From: Lama guanicoe
Lineage: Eukaryota
Reading direction: 5' to 3'
Assembly: GCA_013239625.1 (NCBI GenBank)
Contig: MU053482.1
Location: 4,053,922 to 4,117,921, forward strand
Length of the DNA stretch: 64,000 bases
The translations under genes were made by a program, and so were the position numbers. The notes beneath the pieces are model-generated. The model saw only the letters and a list, made by a program, of their open reading frames with translations. It made no database searches and was not told where the DNA came from. Below are positions 12,729 through 24,400 of the stretch, in pieces. Position 1 is the first letter of the stretch, and every line of letters begins with the position of its first letter.

Positions 12729-13057
12729 GGTCGGGGTAGGAGATGGGGCCCAAGAGGGGAGGGAGGGGCAGGCTGTGTGAACAGACTTAGGCTGTTCATC
12801 TGGTGCCAGGACCAACCACTACAGGGTCTGACTGACATGCGCACTGGGTCACTGGCTGCTGTGTGATGCAGAAGAGTGTGGGAGGAAGGAAGAGGTCGGG
12901 GTGGGAGGTGGGGCCCAAGAGGGGAGGGAGGGGCAGGCTGTGTGAACAGACTTAGGCTGTTCATCTGGTGCCAGGACCAACCACTACAGGGTCTGACTGA
13001 CATGCGCACTGGGTCACTGGCTGCTGTGTGATGCAGAAGAGTGTGGGAGGAAGGAAG
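12729..13057. repeat. Tandem duplication, two copies of a 165-bp unit
   Basis: 12729-12892 aligns to 12894-13057 with two mismatches near the unit start and identity thereafter. Confidence 0.95.
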
Positions 13058-14629
13058 GAAGCAAGGCCACCTGTTAGCAGGGTCTTGTCCTCACACATCT
13101 CTGGGCTGGATGCAAAGCCCCAGACCAGCCCCGCCCTCAGTGGAGGGCGCAGTTGCTTGGTTTACCAGTCCAGTCATCTAAATTACTCGTGTAATACAAC
13201 TACAGGATCTGGAAACACACAGTACTTTTAATTAAAGAATTTAAATAAGGGCAATTAAATCTGGCAGGAGAGATGCCACAGCACACAGAGAGCTTAATTA
13301 GAACGGAAACCAAGTTAAGTATGGAAGCAGGGTTAAAAAAAAAGAAAGCTGAATGTATAGAGTTAAGAAGGCTAATAATAATTCCTAGAGCTGGGTTCCC
13401 AGCCCGTAGCCTAGCTCCTTCTCCTTCTGAGCCTCTCTGGAGTGGAGACTAGAAAGGGCATCAGAGGCAGGATGAGAAGAAGCAAGGAACTCTGCCCCCA
13501 GCCTTGCCTCTGGCTCTCCCTGGCCGTGACCCTGGCAAGTGGCTAAGGCACCCTGGGCTTCAGTCTTCTCGTTTGCAAAAGGCACTGGAGCACTGTGAGG
13601 CGCTCAGACGGGGAGCGCTGACCCTGTGCATGGTGGGGCACGTGGAGTTGTGGTCCGTGAGCCCCTTGGGCTGAGGCATCGAGGCGCTGACCCCAGATTG
13701 CACAGACATGCACCTCCCCTCCACCTGTGTCCCCAGGTGTGTCTGTGGCAGGTAGAGGTGGGACAGCGAGCACTGGACTGACCTGCCCAGTTCCTCTTGG
13801 GGATGTGAGCGGGGTAAATAGATTCAACAGTCCCCGGAGGGCTTGTTAGACCCTAGATCACTGAATCTGCCTTTTTAAGTTCCTGAATGTCATAGCTGCT
13901 TGTGGTGCTGGTCCCGGGACCACACTCAAGCAAACCGTTATCCTCTCTCGGGAAAGGCTGGGGCTCAGCTTGTCACTGGCACTCACCACCCTGAGGTGGA
14001 GCATCTGGAGCTGCTGGGCTGAGCTCAGGCTGGTCTCACGTTTGCACTCAAGGTGTTTTCGAGGAGGCTGGGTGCAGATTGAATCCTGTATTCCAAAGAC
14101 TGCTTATTTCTGCTTCCTGTTCTAATTAATTTTCTGTGGGCAAGTGGCCCAGTGGGTCTTTGACTTTAAGCACAGTGGGCTCGGGAGCTTCCAGGTTACG
14201 CAGTTAGCGATTAGTAATCAAATAGTACAAAGCACGGGCGGGATGTTAGTATTCGTTAAAGAAACCCTGAGATTGAGTCTTTTTTGTAGAGTATAGTGGT
14301 CTTTCTGTATAATGAATATTCAACACTTGGTTTATTCAAAAAGTGCTTTGGTGTTTGTCCTTCTTAGAGGAGACTCACCTGGGCCTGAGTGAGAGTCCGC
14401 CTGGGATTTGCTGTGAGGTCTGTTGGACTGAAAATGGGCTAACGGCAATGTCAAGGGCAAAAGGAAAGGTGAAGGGGGTTATGGAGACAGCAGGACTGCT
14501 GGAGGGAGTCTGCGGAGGAAGCAGCCAGTGCACAGACACCTACAGCCGGCTTGGCAGGGAGACGCCTGCCCCAAACTCCCACTGCAGCCAGGCCCTGGTT
14601 TTCTAGAGGCAAGACAAAAGCTCCACGGC

Positions 14630-14835
14630 GTGATGGTTTAAAGCGTGGGCCTGAGAGGCAGAATTCCCAGCTTTGACCTTGGACAAATGACTTAATCTCT
14701 TTGGGCCTCAGTTTCCTCATCTGTAGAATGAGGATGATAAAGCACCTGTCAGCAATGTCATGAGGGATAAATAATATTTAGACAGCAGTTACAGTAGTAC
14801 CTGGCATGTGGTTAGCCTCATATAAATGTTTGAGA
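14630..14835 (+). mobile_element. MIR SINE
   Basis: tgaccttggacaaatgacttaatctctttgggcctcagtttcctcatctgtagaatg. Confidence 0.85.
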
Positions 14836-16309
14836 AATAAAATTTAAAATCTCACCCAGGTCTGAGTAGTGAGGCCCTGAGCCATCACACCTGGTCCTGA
14901 CTCCTGCTGTCTGTGGGCTGAGCAGGGGAAGAGGGACATGCTGACTGCCATGAACTGAAAATAACTAAGAAAGCATTCAGGGCCTAAATAAAGCCTTGTC
15001 AGTCCCTCAAAACTGGACAGTTCCACACTTGCCCCTCCTATGACGTGAAAATGAAAAGCTGCTTTATTCCAGAGCCATAATGAAACGCCCGATTATAGTC
15101 TTTTCTTCTCAGTACAAAAGGTTGGACTTCCTGACAGCGCCTGGGGATGGGAGCAGGAGAAAGTCAAGGCCGCCTCCTCCTTGCATGCTGGGAAATTCTT
15201 TGGCAGAATCAGTGGTGCTCCCTGGGGAATGGACTCTGCAAGTAAGTTCTTTCTTGAGTGGGTTATTCATCTTGCATCAAATTACCAATTGGACCACACG
15301 GATCAGAGCCAGTGGTCCCTGGATGGGCAGGCTCGGCTCTGCTCTCAGCCCTCTTCCAGGCAGTCTCCCCAGGCCCTCGAAAATCTCTTCTCTCCTGACC
15401 TGAATGGTCCTCTCTCCTGTTATCCTCGATGTCCCCCATTTGGAAATGCATGAGGTCTGTGCATGGGGCAGGGGTGGGAGGACTGCCCATGGGTGGGAAC
15501 GCTGCCCTATGTGCCCCCAGACTTCTGTATGGACCTTTCCACCAAAGAACCCAACAGCCAACGGGAGTGATGGTCCACTCCAGAGTCTGCGGCAGCATGA
15601 AATATGGTCTCAACACCCTGACATTTCATCAAAGCCTCCTTTTTAAAATCAATATTCGCACAAATTGCTACTCCCCTTCATATAGCCTGCATACTTGCTT
15701 TAGTAAAAACCATTTCCATCCCCTCTCCCCCAAATCTGAAGTTACAGTAAGAGTAACTTGGAGAGGCCAGGGGCTTCATGCATGTCTGTGTATTGCGGCT
15801 GGGATGTGATACCACCTAAATGTGTTCCTGTAGGGATTTTCCGACTAAGCAGGGCCCTTCGAATGTTACGTTCAAATGTCCTTGAAATAGTCTAGTTCAA
15901 TTAGGTTTTCTCGATGTGCACGCACGTGCCAAGGACAGTCACTGAGAGAAGGGTTTCTTCATCTTTGGGCCTCCTACAAACCGAGCTCGAGACCTGGTAT
16001 GCAGGATATTGGTGTTAATTGGGAATTTTTAAAAGGACTCCTTCATTTGATCGGCAGCACCCTGGGTGTCTTCTGTTGTAGGCTTTCTGTTAGGTCCCGG
16101 AGATGCTGGAAGGGTAAGATACAACCCTGCCCTCCAGTCTGTTGGCTGATGGGAGAGAGAATCACAGATGAGCAACTCCGTGGAGTGGGGCAAGGATGCT
16201 CCTCATACCAGGAGTCCAGCTTATCTTCAAGTTCACGGTGCTTTCTAGAAAGGCTTCCAGGTGAAAAAAGCCCTTCTCAGGGCATGCTGTCTAACTTCAG
16301 GAGCTTCGA

Positions 16310-16660
16310 ATGACAGGATTTCGGGGTTGGCGAGCCCTTAAAACCATCCAGTCTGACTCCACTTAGAGCTGAAGCACCTTTGATGGCTGGTGCAGTGGTC
16401 CTCTGAGCCCGCCCCTTCCTTGACCGGCCAACCTCATGGCCAGACATCTCTGACCAGGAGAAAACTGCTCTGTGAGTTGTCCTTGAATCTCTCCCCAGCT
16501 GGTCCTCCCTCAGAGCCACATAGGACAAGCCTGCTTTCTTTTGCCTAGAGAAGCCCTTCAGATATTTGAAGGCAGAGATCAGGTACTCCTGAGGTCTTTC
16601 TGGGCAAACAGTCTCCGTTCCTTCAACTACGCACTCAAATAGATGGACTTTAAGGAAGTT
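16310..16660 (-). mobile_element. L3/CR1 LINE 3' fragment
   Basis: acaggatttcggggttgg...ccatccagtct...agcccttcagatatttgaaggcag resembles antisense L3. Confidence 0.5.
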
Positions 16661-17431
16661 AGACCTTAGAAGACATCATAATAGCCTTCCTCAGGCACGA
16701 ATCTTTTCAATAATATCTTGGAGAGAAGACTCCGGTATTTGCATAACCATTCAAAGTAAGGGGGACGAGGGGATGGTGAGGTGGGTGGGCATTTCGTCAC
16801 CACTGAGAGGCAGTCCATTGCTTTGCTTGACAGATGACCTGCCCCAAAGTTCTCCTCTGCAGTGACCTGACAGCTGCTTCCTCCCTCTCCTCCCATTGGT
16901 CCGGGGGTCATTGACTAATTGCCTCTTTCACTAACACAAATCCCAGAATCCCCACCCCCACCCCTCTCAGTATGCATGGTACTTGGGGAAGATTAAAGTT
17001 TTATACTTAATGCATATGAATTTATAATCCCAGTACATAGTTTAGGAAACTCTTTAATCCTGGAGGGGTCACAAATCAGAAGAATCATGAAGGAACAACT
17101 ACCACTTGTAACATTAATGAAGTCCCATCATGTGTTGACGTAGGAAATGGATGCCCACTGACTTCTTCAAACCCAGAGTCTGGGGTGGTCCTGGCTTCAT
17201 AATCTCCCCTCACAGCTACCTCCATTTAATCTGTCACTACTTCCAATAGACTGCTGAAATGTCTCTCAAAGTCCTCCCCAACAGCTGCCTGGCCCCACAG
17301 ACCTAGGGCAACCCAGTTCATCCCTTTTCTCACAGGGAATGATGGGACAGGCCTCTACTTTCTCCCCTGTCTTCAATCCACCTTGCACTCTGCTGCTGGA
17401 AGGATTCAGACCCCACCATAGTAATCCACTG

Positions 17432-17554
17432 ATATATATGCTTTTTCATTATAGGTTAGTACAAGCTGTTGAATATGCTGTACACCAGAAACTAACACAA
17501 TGCTGTAAATCAACTGTACTTCAATTAAAAAATAAAACAATTAAAAAATAAAAA
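17432..17554. mobile_element. Short L1 3'-end insertion with internal inversion
   Basis: Two adjacent pieces match the L1 copy at 52.45-52.6 kb in opposite orientations; ends in an A-rich tail. Confidence 0.7.
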
Positions 17555-17574
17555 TTCTACACCTTAAAAAAAAG

Positions 17575-18070
17575 AACCTCCCTCAGTTCCTCCCTTTGCC
17601 TTTAAGTTGAAGTCCAGACTCCTTGGTACAACTTTCAACAATCATTATCTGCCCTAAACTGACTCATGTCTGATCTCTCTCATGCCCTTTTCAACAGTCT
17701 AAATTCCACCCATATCGACACAGAATTTCTATTCCTTGTACGTGCTCTGCTTTTTCTTGCCTTTGCCCGTGAGGAACCTCTACATGGGATGTTCTCCCTT
17801 TCTACGCCTGGGAACTACCCTACAACTTTCAAGATCCAGATCAAACAGGCCTTGAATGTGAAGCTATCCCTGAGTTGTGTAGACAGAGCCCATCACCCTG
17901 GACTCCTGGAACATGATACCCCCTCCCCTCATGTCTGCTGTCATCCTTCAGTTTTGTTATGTGTTTACATTCCCATGAGCTCCTCCAGGGCAGAGGCCCT
18001 GTCTGATTCATATCTGCAGCCCTCCTGCCCAACCCCTGTGCTCAATAAATGTTTGATGAACGACTGAAGG
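17575..18070 (+). mobile_element. L2 LINE 3' fragment
   Basis: cctttgcccgtg...ttcaagatccagatcaaa...tgagctcctccagggcag...gtgctcaataaatgtttgatgaa. Confidence 0.7.
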
Positions 18071-20360
18071 AAAGAATGTTCATCATTGGAAAATTGCTCA
18101 TCAGAGCCCTGTACATCAGCGTTGCCAAGAGATGTTTTCATCAAATGTGGTTTCTCAGTGTCAGTATCGGATGCTGTTCTGGTTCATCCCATAAAGCACT
18201 GGAAATTCAGAAGAGCTTGCAGGGGTGAGAGGAAAGGCATTTTATTTGTTAAACAGAAAATCAGGCTAGGAGATGGAACACTGAGATATGCAAATGCCTA
18301 TGTTCTTTGTAGGAGACTCTGAGAGAATCGTACTAGATTATTTTGAAATTAATTCAGCCTGAGTGTCTGTGGCGTTTAAATGCAGCCCTCAGGAGAGTAA
18401 ATAATGCAGAATGTGAAACTGAAAAGGAGATTTGAAACGCACCAGTAAAATCTTTCAGCCCAACTTCTGCACCAGCACATTTTAGTTAGTAGGAGCCCCA
18501 TGTAATTTGCAAAGATTAAAACCTGTTGCAAGAAAATTAGCCCAAGCAATGACTTTAAATCATTTAAGAGGCTCCCAGCTCTCTGGCCTCATCAACAGTA
18601 GCTCCTAACCAGTGAGGGCTTGGGGACAGATTCCAGGTCGCTTGATAAATATTGATCATTTTGCATTCAATTTCAAAAATGTCACCTACATTAATTTTTA
18701 AATACCAAGCAAGAGTGGCTGCTCTGGGTTTGCAAATTAGGAATTTAAAAATATTACTTCCAAACAGTTCCCCTTGGTAGAAGGATCAAAGAGGCCACTG
18801 TCAAAGCAATCTGGGAGTTTTAATTCAATATACATGTAAGGAACTGGAAACTGCCCAGTCCCCAGGGCTCCCCATGCCCACGTGGCCTGCTTTGTTGGTC
18901 ACTGGGTCCCTTCAGGCAGGGATTGTGCAGGCTGCTTGTTTAAAGCCATATGCTGAGAAAAATGAATGAAGCAGCTGGATTTAGGAGGAATGTTCCTTGA
19001 CCTGCCCTGGTCAGGGATCGGCAGATGACGTGAGGACCAGCCAGGGGCACCCAGGCACCTGGATCCGGGCATGTGTGGGAAGGCTGCCTGTCTGCGAGGG
19101 CTGGAAAGGAGTCAGGTGTACCTGTGTGTGGGGCTAGGAAGTCAGAGCAGCCTGGGTTTGGATTCAGCCAGCCTGTTTGAACTCTAGCTCCATGGCTCCC
19201 CCAACCATGTGATCTTGGCCAGATGACCTAATCTCATTTTTTCATCTTTGAAATGGAGCTGCTACGCTTATTAACATCAAACTGCAGGAGGCTGGACACA
19301 GGGGCCAAAGCCCCACAGACAGACGGAGCTCTGTTCCCCTGGTGATTCTGAAGCTCCTGGGAGGAACGAGGCCTCTGAAGGGACCAGGGAGTCTATTTTA
19401 GTTCAGGAGCACTCATATCTGGTGACACAAAGTCCTCAGAGTGGCAGGTTCTTGGTTGGGCTGTGATCTCCGGGGGCTATTCCAGGACAGCCCGGGTCCT
19501 CTCCCCCTCCCTCTCCCAGTGTGCTCGTCCATTACAGGACTCCCAGCCACGCCTGTCCACCTGCCTGGCGCACCCCACCAAACACTGGGCTCCTTGGGGC
19601 AGCCCCTGACCCTGCCTTGAGAGGAGAGTCTGGTGGCCAGGCCAGGAAGGGTCATGGAGACCCCAGGGTCACACAGAAGAAGGAAGAAACGGCTAAACTT
19701 TCAGACTGCATTTCAGCCTCCTGGTATCTCTTCTTCTTGCCTCTCTCCCCTCTTCTAGGATCTCTCCTTCCCACTCAGCCCCAAGATCCCAGCCACTAGG
19801 GGCTTTCCAAATCCCAGACCTAAACGCATCAGTCCCGTTGCGCAGCTTCACCTCCCACAGGCCCAGTTGCCCTCCAGGCTCATCTCCTGCTATGCCCCAC
19901 CACGCCCTCATCCAGCCACACCCGACTGTCCGCAGCTTCCCGCACGTGAACCGGGTGTGATGCCCCACAGCCTGCACACGTGCTGCTGTTCCCACCCCCT
20001 GGAATGCCCTTCGCTACTTCTATCTGGAGCAGACTCCTACGCCTACCTCAAGGGCCACATTACATACCATCTCCTCTAAAGAGCCACCAGCCCTGCCCCA
20101 ACCCGCCGGCACCACCTTCCTACACGGTGTCACTCAGCCCCTAGAAGCAAGCTGAACTCAGGGGCACGACAGGCCTGGCTGAAGGCAGCAGAGAGTGGCC
20201 TGATGTAAGCCCTGCACAGGCCCTCTAGAAGGTCCCCGTCTCACCACCCACGTCAGCCCCACTCCCCGTGGCCACAGGCTGCCGCCCCGCCCGGGCCCCG
20301 GCCCTCTCCCCGACGCCCTGTCCCCCGTGCCGCTGCTGCTCCGGGGCCGGGGGCTGCTAC

Positions 20361-20525
20361 CTGAGAGAACTGCCAGTGCAGCTTCATCCTCTTGGCTTTG
20401 GCGTAGCTGCACTCGATGAGCCGTGGCCGGCTGTTGACGTCCACCAGACACCGGTTGTCGTCGTCATCGACCGTGGGGCTCAGGATGCCCACGTGGATCT
20501 GCTGACTGCTCGTGTAGTACACGTT
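20361..20525 (-). CDS. GALNT18: GALNT18 coding exon (probably exon 10), lectin beta repeat: NVYYTSSQQIHVGILSPTVDDDDNRCLVDVNSRPRLIECSYAKAKRMKLHWQFSQ
   Basis: 165 nt = 55 codons. Acceptor ccccag|AAC, donor CAG|gtagca. CpG-rich coding composition; continues the frame. Confidence 0.96.
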
Positions 20526-20639
20526 CTGGGGGTGGAGGGAGAATGAGGTCAAACGCTAAGGACCAGTGAGGTGGGGAGGGTCCGAGGGGCTTCCCCCAGG
20601 GCAGCTGGCAGAGACCCCACAAGCCAGCAACCTGCAAAT

Positions 20640-20852
20640 GATTTTCCACTGCAATAGACGCTAGAGACCCTTTTACATTATGATTCAGTACAGCATCTGG
20701 TCCACACGTACAACTGAAACAAAATGTTCAGGAAAGCAAACTTAGCCTTCCAATACGCAATGCACTCAATTCTCTATTTTATTCTTTCTTTGAAAAACAT
20801 TGGTCACAACCTTTGAAATAGATCTCACCACCCACAGTTTAAAAAACACTGC
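20640..20852. mobile_element. hAT-Charlie-type DNA transposon fragment (subfamily uncertain)
   Basis: Ends acccacagtttaaaaaacactg, a Charlie-type terminus. Confidence 0.5.
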
Positions 20853-21037
20853 TTGAATCCATTATTTGCAGGCTTGCTGACTTCTTTCCTCCATAAATAT
20901 TCTGTGCAAGATACCATGCTTGGCTGGTAGCTAAAGAGCAGAAGACCCAGGCCACGCCTTAGGGAGCGCAGAGTCTTACGAGACGAGACGGGAGATGTGT
21001 TACAGATAATTTCCATCCCTGTGAAGACTGTGTAGAG

Positions 21038-21797
21038 CAGGAGTTGGCAACTTTTTCTTAAAGGGCCAGATGGCAAATATCTGGGGCTTTGCAGTGTGTT
21101 GCGAGGTCCCCAAGTCCACCCCCGGGTTCGAGGATGGGCTAGGACTCACGAGACTCAGCCAATAGTTGCACTCACAGCTATGGTATATCACAGAGAAAGA
21201 TTACAAATCAAATCAGCAAAGGGAAAAGGCACGTGAGGCAAAGTCTGGAGGAAACCAGGCGCCAGCTTCCAAGGGTCCCCTCCCACCAGACACAGAGAAC
21301 ACACAGGCTTCCCCAGGATGGAGCTGAGATGACGCTTGTGAAGGGTTACCTACCAGGGAAGCTCTTAGAGACTCAGCACCCAGTCTTTTTATTGGGTGCT
21401 GGTCACGTAATGGGCCTCTGGCTAGCACATACCCAGATCCCAGACTTCCAGGAGGAAAGCCGGTGTACAGCACAAACCATATTATTTGTATAATCAGTTT
21501 GGTCACCGTGAGCCTCTCTTACCCTCTGTGGGAATTGTGGGAACCTTCTTGAAATCCAGGTTCCCAGATGCTAGTCAAGGGCTGACCTTGTAAGCAGGTC
21601 TTTCAAAGGAGAGCAATCAGGCTGCTGTTCTTTTGTTTTGTTTTTTTTTTACACAGAGGGTCAGTCTGAAAACTCAACTCTGTGGTTGTAGTGCAAATGC
21701 ACAGACAATACAAAAATGAATGACTATGTCCCATTAACAGTTTATTTACAAAGATCGGGGCTGGTTCTGGTCTAGAGGAAAGCCATAGGACCCTTGG
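21038..21797. mobile_element. MER58A DNA transposon split by an LTR insertion
   Basis: 21038-21093 reads caggagttggcaactttttcttaaagggccagat; the element resumes ~21655 with aactcaactctg...tttatttacaaa. Confidence 0.75.
21094..21655 (-). mobile_element. MER21-type ERV solo LTR nested in MER58A
   Basis: ggtccccaag..cacccc...atcagcaaagggaaaaggc...gtctggaggaaaccaggc...gagactcagcaccca...aaatccaggttcccagatgc; TG...CA ends. Confidence 0.75.
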
Positions 21798-22199
21798 ACT
21801 TCAGAGTTTTCAGTTACTTCCCCCAGCCTCAAACAGTGGTTCCCAACAAGGGCTCTGAGTGGCCAGTCACAGGGTCTGTGAGCTCTTGTCCTCTGTTACC
21901 AAAGAAATTAACACCCCCACCTATGATTTGGTCGCAGGGGCAAATCAAGATTTCTCTGCTTTAGGTTAGAACTCAGGGCAGGTCTTGTTATCTTGATCTA
22001 TTCAAAACCTCTCACTGGTAAGTATTTTTGATTAATTCCAAATGGTAAAAGGAAGTACTTCTTGCTTTTGTAAAAGAGGATGGTTGACAAGGACTTTTAA
22101 AACATGGGTGCAGGGCATAAAAGGGACTGTGCAGTGAGTAAGGCAGTGCAGGGGAGGATGGTAAATAAGGGTGGTCCTTTGGGGGCACATGCTCTCTGA

Positions 22200-22705
22200 C
22201 CCTCAGAAGTCCAGGGAAGGGTCAGAGAGGCAGGCACCCTTTGGACATAAGAAGAACTCCAGGCCAGGGTATTGGTCAAGGGAGAGGAATCCAGGGAGGA
22301 CGTAATAAAGGCAGGATAATGGTGTGGGTATGGGGTAAGGGAGCCACAGGGATAGTATAGTTCCCTGGGATAGTAGCATGGAGCTGCTACCACCACTGGG
22401 CCCAAAGAGATGAGGAGAGAGCAGGTACCAGAACCTGTAAGAGCAAAGTTATGTAGAGAGTGTTGAGTTGCGAATAGCTTCAGGGATGGAGAGGGTTGGG
22501 GGTGGTGGTGAGTGGTGGTTAATAAATGTCCTGACATCACCCTCCCTTCACTCCATTCTTCTGCTGGGTCAGCCCACTGGAGGAACCCAGCTAGAAGCCA
22601 GAGAACATGGGAGCCCATGGAAACATTCCATTAAGTCAGCCTCACAGGGTAGAAGGAAAAGGATGGAGAGTGGATCTCGAGAGGCAAATGGAAGACTCAT
22701 TACAG
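22200..22705. mobile_element. Old ERVL-type LTR (LTR33/LTR16-like, uncertain)
   Basis: agaagccagag...gggagccc...gtcagcctc...ggagagtggatct..gaggcaaatggaaga. Confidence 0.5.
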
Positions 22706-22859
22706 CTGGGATCTGCTCTCCAAGGTAATCTTACAAGTTACCAGGTTTGGTAAATCCATGGAAATGGACAGCAAAACTACTCAGGTGGCTGATTCTTCCC
22801 ATAAAAGAGGTGAAGGATCATAGTGACCAAGGTTCTGAGCAAAGGCCAAATAAGGAATG

Positions 22860-23085
22860 CTTGGCTTCAGTGTGGAAATGTGACCAGAACACAGAGGCAA
22901 GGGGAGCCTATTCAATACGTAAATTGGGTAAGAAGCAGGCTTTTCATCAGAATCTTAAAACTGTCAAGTGTGTGCCTTGGATTTCCAGTTCTCTACCAAG
23001 GAAAGCTGATGACTGCTGTGGATTCCAGTTTAATGGCATTAAAGAAGAATTTGATGACTGGTATGATTTAGGAAATTAAATAGAT
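22860..23085 (+). mobile_element. Degenerate CR1/L3-type LINE ORF2 C-terminus
   Basis: Translation ARGAYSIRKLGKKQAFHQNLK...SSLPRK...NGIKEEFDDW resembles the CR1 tail TRGHSLKL.K.RF..N.RK...WNSLP.EVV...NGFKK.LD. Confidence 0.4.
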
Positions 23086-23934
23086 GCAGACAGACAGCTC
23101 ATCCATTCATCATCCAAAGACAAGTACTCTCTAAGTTAGGTTCTGAGGATACAGAGATGAGAAAGCCATGGTTCCCTGTCCTGGACGATCCAACAGCCAA
23201 GTTGGGGAAACTAACATATCAGGAAATATTGGTGCTAGAAACTCGCCACCTCCAGAAAGCCTTCCCTGAGCCTCTCTGCAAAGATGCACAGCTGCCTATG
23301 TGCCTTTGGGTTGAACGCACCATGCTCTCTCCCCAAGACAGAGTGTAGCTCTCAGGCACCTGGCGTGCCAGGACCTGGATTTCCTGAGGCTCCAGAGTGT
23401 GAGCTGCCAGACAAGGAGAGCCAGGGAGCCAGTCACTGCCACCCGTTCCTTCATGCCTGTCAGCGGGGCCTGGCTCCCACCACCAGGGTTGGCTCCTTAG
23501 ACACAAGCGGCTGCCCAGGTAACAGCCGAAATCAGTTTTATTCACTTAGCTGCTCTGAAGTGGTCGGGGGAGATGCTGAGAGACATGTGCACTTACTGGT
23601 ACAGCTGTCATCAGAGCTGCTGATTGCTCCAAAGTCTGGGAAAACCATAATAAGGACAGACAGTTGTTTGTTTGTTATTTAAAAAGCAAACAACAAAGTG
23701 CATCTTGGATGGGGTATCCACGAAGCCGTTCAGATCACAGGGAGAGAGGAGCCTCTTAAGTTGTCACTTGGACACCTCAGAAGCCCAGCCAGTGGTGGCT
23801 TGAATCAATAAGTGGCCTGAGCACAAAAGAGGGAAACAGTTTTATACAAGACACCCTACTTTTAGTGCCTGCAGGCCCAGCTATGCTTTCTGAACAATGG
23901 GGAACCTGGAGGTTTAACAAGAAACAACTGAGAA

Positions 23935-24156
23935 CTGTGCTTCACACTAGGGGCAGTTTTGCCCATCAGAGTACATTTGGCAACGTCTGGAGACATTTTC
24001 GGTTGCCAGGATGGGGTTGGGGGAAGGCTGCTACTGGTATCTAGTGGGTAGAGGTCAGGGATGCCACTTAACACCCTACAACCTGCAGGACAGTCCCTCA
24101 CAGCAAACAATTATCCAGTCCCAAAGGTCAAGAGTGCTGCCATTGAGAACGCTTGC
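23935..24156 (+). mobile_element. MER20 hAT-Charlie element
   Basis: acatttggcaacgtctggagacatttt...gctactggtatctagtgggtagagg.cagggatgc...caggacagtccctcacagcaaa. Confidence 0.9.
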
Positions 24157-24189
24157 CTTGGACTGTTACTGATGCAAGCTGAAACATTT

Positions 24190-24400
24190 TTAGCTCTTAC
24201 TGTGGGCCAGACATGAAGTTACTTTATCCCAGCGAATCCTAATAACAACTCTATGAAGCAGGTGCTACCATTATCCCCATCCTGTGGATGAGAAAACTGA
24301 GGCACAAAGAGATTAAGACCATGTCCAAAGTTGCACAGCTGGAGAACAGTAGCTGAGATTTAAAATGAGGCGGTCTGACAGCAGAGCTGCACCTGTGACC
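24190..24400 (-). mobile_element. MIR SINE
   Basis: ttatccccatc...gatgagaaaactgaggcacaaagagattaag. Confidence 0.85.
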
